NCBI GenBank assembly: GCA_964448115.1
Contig: CAYUVA010000009.1
Coordinates: 62,001 to 95,473 of the forward strand
Length of the DNA stretch: 33,473 nt
DNA from: an uncultured bacterium
Lineage (GTDB): Bacteria; CAYUVA01
Direction of reading: 5' to 3'
The translations under genes and the position numbers were made by a program. The notes below the pieces were generated by a model, which did no database searches, had not been told where the DNA came from, and worked only from the letters and a program-made list of their open reading frames with translations. This document shows, in pieces, positions 27,767-33,473 of the stretch. Position 1 is the first letter of the stretch, and each line of letters starts with the position of its first letter.

Positions 27767-27833
27767 TTCTGAGACAGACACTCAAGGGGGAAAATATCCA
27801 CGAAGTAGCGATACCTACAAAATAGGGATTGGT

Positions 27834-27910
27834 AACTGGTTCAACATTGAACCAGTTGTGCAATGTGTGCAAGAAGCGATATGCACAACTAGATCACCGG
27901 TGATCCAGTT
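27834..27910. repeat. Pair of related 24-bp palindromes, 53 bp apart
   Basis: AACTGGTTCAACATTGAACCAGTT (27834-57) and AACTAGATCACCGGTGATCCAGTT (27887-910). Confidence 0.75.
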
Positions 27911-28049
27911 GTTCAGATAAGAATTTATGTGGCCACTATTGTGGGTAAAATTGAGAACAGTGATTATTGGGGCTGGCGTATTTATGCTGATTGAGCCTGA
28001 CACAAGCAGGTAAGGAACTTGGGAAATGATGCGTCTAATTCTTGAGAGG

Positions 28050-28077
28050 TTGACCATTTAAACGATGAAGCTAAAAT
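28050..28077 (+). promoter_or_regulatory. Putative sigma70 promoter for the DAG-kinase/GT4 pair
   Basis: TTGACC-16 nt-TAAAAT, 47 nt before ATG 28125. Confidence 0.5.
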
Positions 28078-28124
28078 AGGCTTCTGATATTTTTGCTGGC
28101 ATAATTGCTGACAAGAAGAAAAAG

Positions 28125-29138
28125 ATGCGATACAAGATTGGACTCATCGTCAACCCTCATGCGGGTAAGCGTAGCAACTACTACAAGCTGCGCCCCATCT
28201 TCGAGCGTATCCTTGGACAGGATGGAAAGGTATACTATACCAAGGGTATCGATGAGCTTCCGGATGCAGTAGCCGACTGCTTCGACAATGAGTTCAGCAT
28301 AATCGCTCTCATCGGTGGCGACGGTAGCACTCAGGCGCTGATTACAGAGATGATCTTCCAGGCAAGGGAGAGAAAGCGGCGGCTGCCGATGATATTACCG
28401 CTGGGCGGAGGTACGCTCAACAGCTTCCCCAAGGATGTCGGAGTAAAAGGGAAACCACTGGAGGTGCTGCGCAGGACTGTCCACTTCCTGCGCCAGGATA
28501 ATGAGCCGATCATAGTCTATCGAGACGCACTTAAGGTAAACGATGTCTATGGCTTTGGCTTTGGCAACGGAGTATCGGCGAGAATGGCAGAGTACTACTA
28601 TCAGCATGGAGAAAGGGGGCTGCTTCCCGCCCTGATCGTAACCGTAAAGATAATCGGGACTATCGCAGTAAACGGAAAGATTGCCAGGTGGCTATTCGAA
28701 AAGACCAAGATGCGCATCACTGTGGATGATGGCGAGGTGATGGATGATTACTTCACCGGCTCCTACTGCGCCACGATACCTAGTACCGCATTTGGAGTGC
28801 AGATCTGCTATAATGCGCTCAGCAAGGAGGGCTACTTCCATGCGATAATAACTAAGCTGGGGCTGTATCAAGTGCTGCGCAATGTGCACAATGTTTATCT
28901 TGGACGAAAACTCAAAGGTGAAGGGCACTACGACATGATGGTAAAAAAGCTGCTCTTTGAGACCGAGGAGCCGAATATATTCATCATCGATGGCGATATG
29001 TATCCGCCGATGAAAAAGGTTACCGTTGAGATCGGTCCTACCCTGGATCTTGTCGTGATACCCAAGGCTAGGATGTTGGAGCGATTGCAGTACCGCACTG
29101 ATGAATTCAGAAAGATGATGAGGGAATGGGAAAGATAA
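28125..29138 (+). CDS. Diacylglycerol/lipid kinase family protein (YegS/DAGK-like)
   Basis: IVNPHAGK, IGGDGS, LPLGGGTLNSF, C-terminal IDGD. Confidence 0.88.
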   Translation: MRYKIGLIVNPHAGKRSNYYKLRPIFERILGQDGKVYYTKGIDELPDAVADCFDNEFSIIALIGGDGSTQALITEMIFQARERKRRLPMILPLGGGTLNSFPKDVGVKGKPLEVLRRTVHFLRQDNEPIIVYRDALKVNDVYGFGFGNGVSARMAEYYYQHGERGLLPALIVTVKIIGTIAVNGKIARWLFEKTKMRITVDDGEVMDDYFTGSYCATIPSTAFGVQICYNALSKEGYFHAIITKLGLYQVLRNVHNVYLGRKLKGEGHYDMMVKKLLFETEEPNIFIIDGDMYPPMKKVTVEIGPTLDLVVIPKARMLERLQYRTDEFRKMMREWER

Positions 29139-30181
29139 AGAATATCTGTATCTGCACGGTAAAGATCCCCTTTGTTTACGGTGGCGCTGAGATGCTCGCC
29201 GAGAAACTAAAGCAAGCCCTCGTAAAACAGGGCTTCGAGGTGGAGTTGATTGCCATCCCATTCAAATACTTTCCCAAAGAACGCCTTCTGAAGGAGATGC
29301 TGTTGTGGAACCTAATCGATTTGAGTGAAAGCCCGAATGATAGTATTGATATGGTTATCCCGCTGAAGTTCCCTGCTTATCTTATTGAACATCCCTGCAA
29401 GGTTACATGGTTGCTTCATCAACACCGTGAGCTTTACGAGTTCTGCGGAACCGAGTTCTCTAACTTCAAGGGTAGTTGCATCGATGATGCGATAAGGAAA
29501 GCAATCCATCATGCGGATACGAAGAGTCTCGGCAGCTCAAAGAAGATCTACGCCCTGTCCAGGCGCGTCTGCCAGAGATTGAAGCACTTTAATGCCTTGG
29601 ATAGCCAGCCACTACATAGCCCACCACCACTTATCGGGCAATATTATCACAAAGAATATGGAGACTACATACTGTTTGTCAGCCGACTAGAGGGGAACAA
29701 GAGACCAGGGCTTGCCATAGAGGCAGCATCGCATCTCAAATCGCCGATCAAGATTAAGATAGCTGGCAGGGGTCCTCTGCAGGAGAAGCTCAAGAAAAAA
29801 GCTAAGGAGCTGGGAGTTAGCGATAGAGTGCAATTCTTGGGATATGTGGAGCCAAGGGAACTTTTGTCCTTATATGCTAATGCGTTGGGTGTGCTGTTTG
29901 TTCCTGTGGACGAGGATTATGGCTACATAACCCTGGAGGCATTCCACTCTCTCAAGCCGGTCATATCCTGCAGGGACTCCGGCGCAGTTCTAGAGCTGGT
30001 AAAGGATAAACAAAGCGGCTTCATCGTGGAACCTCAAGCCAGTCAGCTTGCCGAGTGCATGGAGAGGTTATATGCCGACAAGTCGAGGGCATCTGAACTG
30101 GGAGCAGCCGGCTATGAGTCTGTGAGGCACTTCACCTGGGAACATGTAGTGGAGAAGCTGCTCGAGGGAGCGGGAGCATAG
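29126..30181 (+). CDS. Glycosyltransferase family 4 (GT-B)
   Basis: PFVYGGAE, SRLEGNKRP, DEDYGYITLEA (Ex7E). Confidence 0.92.
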   Translation: MGKIKNICICTVKIPFVYGGAEMLAEKLKQALVKQGFEVELIAIPFKYFPKERLLKEMLLWNLIDLSESPNDSIDMVIPLKFPAYLIEHPCKVTWLLHQHRELYEFCGTEFSNFKGSCIDDAIRKAIHHADTKSLGSSKKIYALSRRVCQRLKHFNALDSQPLHSPPPLIGQYYHKEYGDYILFVSRLEGNKRPGLAIEAASHLKSPIKIKIAGRGPLQEKLKKKAKELGVSDRVQFLGYVEPRELLSLYANALGVLFVPVDEDYGYITLEAFHSLKPVISCRDSGAVLELVKDKQSGFIVEPQASQLAECMERLYADKSRASELGAAGYESVRHFTWEHVVEKLLEGAGA

Positions 30182-30298
30182 GATTTCTCGTCAGGGAGAG
30201 ACTCTCTCTAGCCTTATTAGACATCAATGGAGGGCTCGCCGCCTTCCGGAAATCCGGTCTCCCAAGCCCCGCGGCCGGCCGTGAATTTTTTTTTGCCC

Positions 30299-30327
30299 TT
30301 GACAAGACCATGGCCGTCTCGTATCAT
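30299..30327 (+). promoter_or_regulatory. Sigma70 promoter of the TetR-RND operon
   Basis: TTGACA (30299-304), 17-nt spacer, TATCAT (30322-27); AGGAG RBS at 30353-57. Confidence 0.8.
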
Positions 30328-30352
30328 GTGAATAGTGATTCACAATTCACAT
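30326..30352. promoter_or_regulatory. Putative TetR operator overlapping the -10/+1 region
   Basis: TGTGAAT-N4-ATTCACA (30327-44) followed immediately by a second ATTCACA (30345-51). Confidence 0.7.
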
Positions 30353-30366
30353 AGGAGATTGGAATT

Positions 30367-30996
30367 GTGAGAGCGCAAAAAGTGGATACGGGAGTTCGAC
30401 AAGAACAGATCGCTCAAGCGGCCTTAGACTTGATTGGAAGCCGCGGGATTCAGGCCCTAAGCATTGCAAGCGTAGCCGAACGCGTCGGTCTCGTGCCGTC
30501 GGGAATCTATCGTCATTTCAAGAGTAAAGACGACTTGCTGAACGCAACCCTCGACCTGATAGGAAAAAGGCTGCTGCACAACGTAGCCTTGGCCCGCCGA
30601 GAATCGTCAGATGCCTTGGAGCGACTTCGAGTGCTTTTGATGCGTGAGATCCGATTGCTCCTTGAAAACCAAGCAATTCCCCATATCATCTTCTTTGAAA
30701 GCATCTTCACCGGCTCCGATTACCGAAGAGCCAAGGTGCGGGCCATTATGACCGGCTATTTCCAAGAAGTTGAAAAGATCATTCGAGAAGGACAACAGGA
30801 AGGACGGTTAAGGACGGACATCGACCCCTTGACCGTCGTACTGATGTTCAAGGGAATGGTTCTGCCTGCAGTCGTTCTATGGAAGGGTACTGGCAGGAAA
30901 GTGGATCTTGTCGGGCACGCCGAAGCCGCATGGGAGCTGTTTCGTACGGCAGTTTCAAGTCGCGGTGAAGGTTCCGAAGAACTCGTCGACGGTTAA
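30367..30996 (+). CDS. TetR/AcrR family transcriptional regulator
   Basis: RQEQIAQAALDLI..GIQALSIASVAERVGLVPSGIYRHFKSKDDL HTH; GQQEGRLRTDID. Confidence 0.95.
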   Translation: MRAQKVDTGVRQEQIAQAALDLIGSRGIQALSIASVAERVGLVPSGIYRHFKSKDDLLNATLDLIGKRLLHNVALARRESSDALERLRVLLMREIRLLLENQAIPHIIFFESIFTGSDYRRAKVRAIMTGYFQEVEKIIREGQQEGRLRTDIDPLTVVLMFKGMVLPAVVLWKGTGRKVDLVGHAEAAWELFRTAVSSRGEGSEELVDG

Positions 30997-31039
30997 GGAA
31001 GAGCATCAAAACCCATTGGAGAAAAGGAGACGATAAATA

Positions 31040-32284
31040 GTGACAACGGCAACCGACAAGCAGAATGGGAAAAAGATGAGTATATGGCGTAAGCTGGTAG
31101 CCGGGATACTGCTGCTGGCTCTTGTAGGGTTGGTGGTGTTTTTCGGCGTACACCGGATTCGCGAACGGCTGAAACCAACACCGCCAGCGCCTCGCCGTCC
31201 TCTCGCGGTGGAGACCGTGAGGGTGGAACCCGGTCCTTTCACTATATCTCGCCGCTATACGGGAAGTGTTGTATCCGCCAAGCGGGCCTTGATCTCGGCC
31301 CGGGTAAGCACCCGAGTGAAGGCGGTTCACCACCGTGAAGGAGAAACCGTCAAAAAGGGAGATCTGTTGATCACCTTGGACGACAGGGAACTGCGCGCGG
31401 AAGTCGGGCGGCTTGAGGCGACTGCAAGACGTATCCGGGCCGATCTGGATTACTGGAGACTCCAGGCCGACCGTGACGAGAAGCTGCTTCAAGCCGAGGC
31501 CATCCCGCCTCAAAAACGAGACGAGAGCAAGCGTATGGTGGCGTCTTTGGAGGCTTCTTTGACTGCGAACGAATATGCCCTTTCCGCGGCACGCACCAAG
31601 CTGGGCTACGCGCTGATTCATGCCCCTTTTTCCGGTGCGATCCAGCGGCTTAACACCGAAGTCGGTGAACTGGCCGCGCCCGGCAAAGTCCTTCTGGAGT
31701 TGGTGGCAACACGACCTCTGAAGGCCGTTTTCTCTGTGCCGCAAAAAGACATTGCCGAGATTCTTCCTCATCCAAGCGGATGTTCCTCTGATACGCGGAG
31801 AGCCAGTGCGCCAGAAGCTCGGGTTCCCAAGGAACGTGGCGTGGAACTCCCGGCACGAAAGGATGTCGAGGTCCGATTGGTCGTGCCGTCTCTGGGCGAA
31901 TCAATCGCCGCCCGAGTGGCTCATGTCTATCCAGCCCTCGATACGGCAACTCGCAACGCCACCTTTGATGTCCTTATTACCAGCGACTTGGAGGGGCTCC
32001 GCCCCGGTATGACGGTGGATGTGACGGTGATCCTGGCAAAGTTCGAGCGGGCGCTTGTCTTGCCGCGGGCGGCCGTACGAATCCGTGAAGGCACCACGGG
32101 CGTTTATGTCGTTGAGAACGATATCGCTCGCTGGCGGTCTGTTGGCGTTGGTCAAACTCAAGGCGGGCAAGTAAGAATTGTGTCCGGTCTCAAAGGTGGA
32201 GAAACGGTGGTCGTCACTCCAGATCCACGTCTTAAGGATGGCAGCCGAGTGCAACCTCGCGACAATTGGAGGACTGCTCCATGA
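31040..32284 (+). CDS. RND efflux periplasmic adaptor (MFP) subunit
   Basis: N-terminal TM helix; REGETVKKGDLLITLD, IHAPFSG, TATRN, LRPGM, SGLKGGETVV; start could be a downstream ATG. Confidence 0.93.
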   Translation: MTTATDKQNGKKMSIWRKLVAGILLLALVGLVVFFGVHRIRERLKPTPPAPRRPLAVETVRVEPGPFTISRRYTGSVVSAKRALISARVSTRVKAVHHREGETVKKGDLLITLDDRELRAEVGRLEATARRIRADLDYWRLQADRDEKLLQAEAIPPQKRDESKRMVASLEASLTANEYALSAARTKLGYALIHAPFSGAIQRLNTEVGELAAPGKVLLELVATRPLKAVFSVPQKDIAEILPHPSGCSSDTRRASAPEARVPKERGVELPARKDVEVRLVVPSLGESIAARVAHVYPALDTATRNATFDVLITSDLEGLRPGMTVDVTVILAKFERALVLPRAAVRIREGTTGVYVVENDIARWRSVGVGQTQGGQVRIVSGLKGGETVVVTPDPRLKDGSRVQPRDNWRTAP

Positions 32285-33473
32285 GTTGGCCGCGTTTCTC
32301 CATCCGGCACCGTTATACCGTCTTTGCGGCCCTTATCGCTGTAATTGTATTGGGGGTGGCTGCTCGCTTTGCCATTCCGGTACGCCTCTTCCCTGATACC
32401 GATCCACCGGTCGTCACGGTGGTCACGCCCTATCCCGGCGTCGCCGCGGTGGATGTGGCCAAGAACCTGAGCAAGCCCATGGAAGAGGAGTTTGGCGGGA
32501 TTGACGGCGTAGTGCGCGTGAGTTCAATCAGCCACATGGGCCTGTCGGTAGTGAAGGTCGAGTTCGGTTATGAGCGCAGGGTGGAAGAAGCGGCCGTGGA
32601 CGTACAGAACGCCGTCAGCCGCATCCGCGACAGGTTGCCCGAGGGTATCCGAGAACCCCAGATAATGCAGTTTTCCTCAGCGGATAAACCTATTCTTACC
32701 ATTGCCGCCACCAGTTCGTCCCTCCCGCTCGAAAAAGTACGGGAGTTGGCCGACAACCCCGTTCGTGACCGCATACAGTTGGTTCCCGGGGTGGCGGCGG
32801 TCGATGTCTTCGGAGGTCACCAGCGGCAGCTCGAGGTGGCGGTCTACGCGGACAGACTGCGCGCCTTCGGGATCACGATGGGCCAGGTGGCGAAGGCACT
32901 GGAGAACTGGAATCTCATGGAATCGGGTGGCCGGGTGAACGTCGGTGTCATGGAAACGGTTGTCCGGTTCGATGCACCGTTGTCCTCCCCTGGCGAGGTC
33001 GCCAAGATAGTGCTCCTGCGGCGTGGCGATCACGTTATTCGCCTTTCGGATGTTGCAGATGTCTCCGAAACGGTAAAGGAGCAACGGTCTGCCTATCATT
33101 TCAACGGCAAGCCGGCTGTCGCCGTGCAAGTGCTGAAGCGGGATGACGCCAACACCGTGAGAGTGGCTTCCGCCGTCCGTGAAACGCTGGGCGAGATCGA
33201 GCGGGAGTTGCCTCAACTCCGATTTGCCATCGCTGACGATGATTCTCAATTTACCGAACTCGTCATCGACAACATGACCAGTTCGGTGCTTGTCGCGATC
33301 ATTCTTACCATTATCGTGGTTTTTCTGTTCATGGCCCACTTGCGCCAGGCGGCCATAATCGCCATTTCCATACCCGTGTCTTTCCTTATGACTTTCATGT
33401 TGATGTGGGTTTTTGCGGTCGATCTCAACATGATCACCATGTCCGCCATCATTCTTTCAATCGGGCTGCTGGT
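32281..33473 (+). CDS. RND efflux permease (AcrB/AcrD/AcrF family), 3'-truncated by window
   Basis: Not in the ORF track because it has no stop. From ATG 32281 (GGAGG RBS, ATGA overlap): MSWPRFSIRHRY...LFPDTDPPVVTVVTPYPG...KPMEEE...VPGVAAVDVFGG...IRLSDVA...ISIPVS...LNMITMSAIILSIGLL. Confidence 0.95.
   Translation, partial: MSWPRFSIRHRYTVFAALIAVIVLGVAARFAIPVRLFPDTDPPVVTVVTPYPGVAAVDVAKNLSKPMEEEFGGIDGVVRVSSISHMGLSVVKVEFGYERRVEEAAVDVQNAVSRIRDRLPEGIREPQIMQFSSADKPILTIAATSSSLPLEKVRELADNPVRDRIQLVPGVAAVDVFGGHQRQLEVAVYADRLRAFGITMGQVAKALENWNLMESGGRVNVGVMETVVRFDAPLSSPGEVAKIVLLRRGDHVIRLSDVADVSETVKEQRSAYHFNGKPAVAVQVLKRDDANTVRVASAVRETLGEIERELPQLRFAIADDDSQFTELVIDNMTSSVLVAIILTIIVVFLFMAHLRQAAIIAISIPVSFLMTFMLMWVFAVDLNMITMSAIILSIGLL

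Noticed and set aside
27834..27915. Mini-CRISPR array or integron attC interpretation of the twin palindromes
   Set aside because: Only two divergent units with a short spacer, no cas or integrase genes, and the RYYYAAC/GTTRRRY boxes are not properly matched.
27483..27920. 145-aa ORF (+) and the overlapping 92-aa and 80-aa minus-strand ORFs in the 27.4-28.1 kb gap
   Set aside because: They read through palindromic repeats, show no recognisable motif or RBS, and are better explained as non-coding.
30848..31771. 307-aa minus-strand ORF
   Set aside because: Antisense shadow of the GC-rich TetR and MFP genes; no domain signal.
32677..33339. 220-aa minus-strand ORF
   Set aside because: Antisense shadow of the RND permease, which is the real gene on the + strand.

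Overview
Bacterial chromosomal window from a probable diderm: it encodes an LpxL/HtrB-type acyltransferase, a small outer-membrane beta-barrel and an RND pump. The lineage cannot be fixed from the sequence alone. (1) 1-15232 (+): a tightly packed run of mutL(3' part)-miaA-hflX with no hfq, then a TPR/SLH lipoprotein, an exported protein, an AI-2E transporter, a dockerin-like S8 protease, a beta-barrel, three GT2 glycosyltransferases, a SAM methyltransferase and a 1190-aa S8/FG-GAP protein with a non-canonical active site. (2) 15350-19851 (-): nadA-nadB followed directly by a KAP-family NTPase fused to about 28 pentapeptide repeats. (3) 20097-22987 (+): a radical SAM-GT4-HAD cassette bracketed by inverted copies of a nested REP-like palindrome. 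(4) 23277-27352 (-): LpxL-like acyltransferase, DegT aminotransferase, and an AT-rich islet with an N4/N6 DNA methyltransferase, an HNH endonuclease and a probable AbiEii remnant. (5) An approximately 770-bp intergenic region with several different palindromic repeat types, then a DAG-kinase-like gene, a GT4 and a GC-richer TetR-MFP-RND module cut by the window end. No rRNA, tRNA, CRISPR array or transposase was recognised. All family calls come from motif reading and recall; no database search was run.
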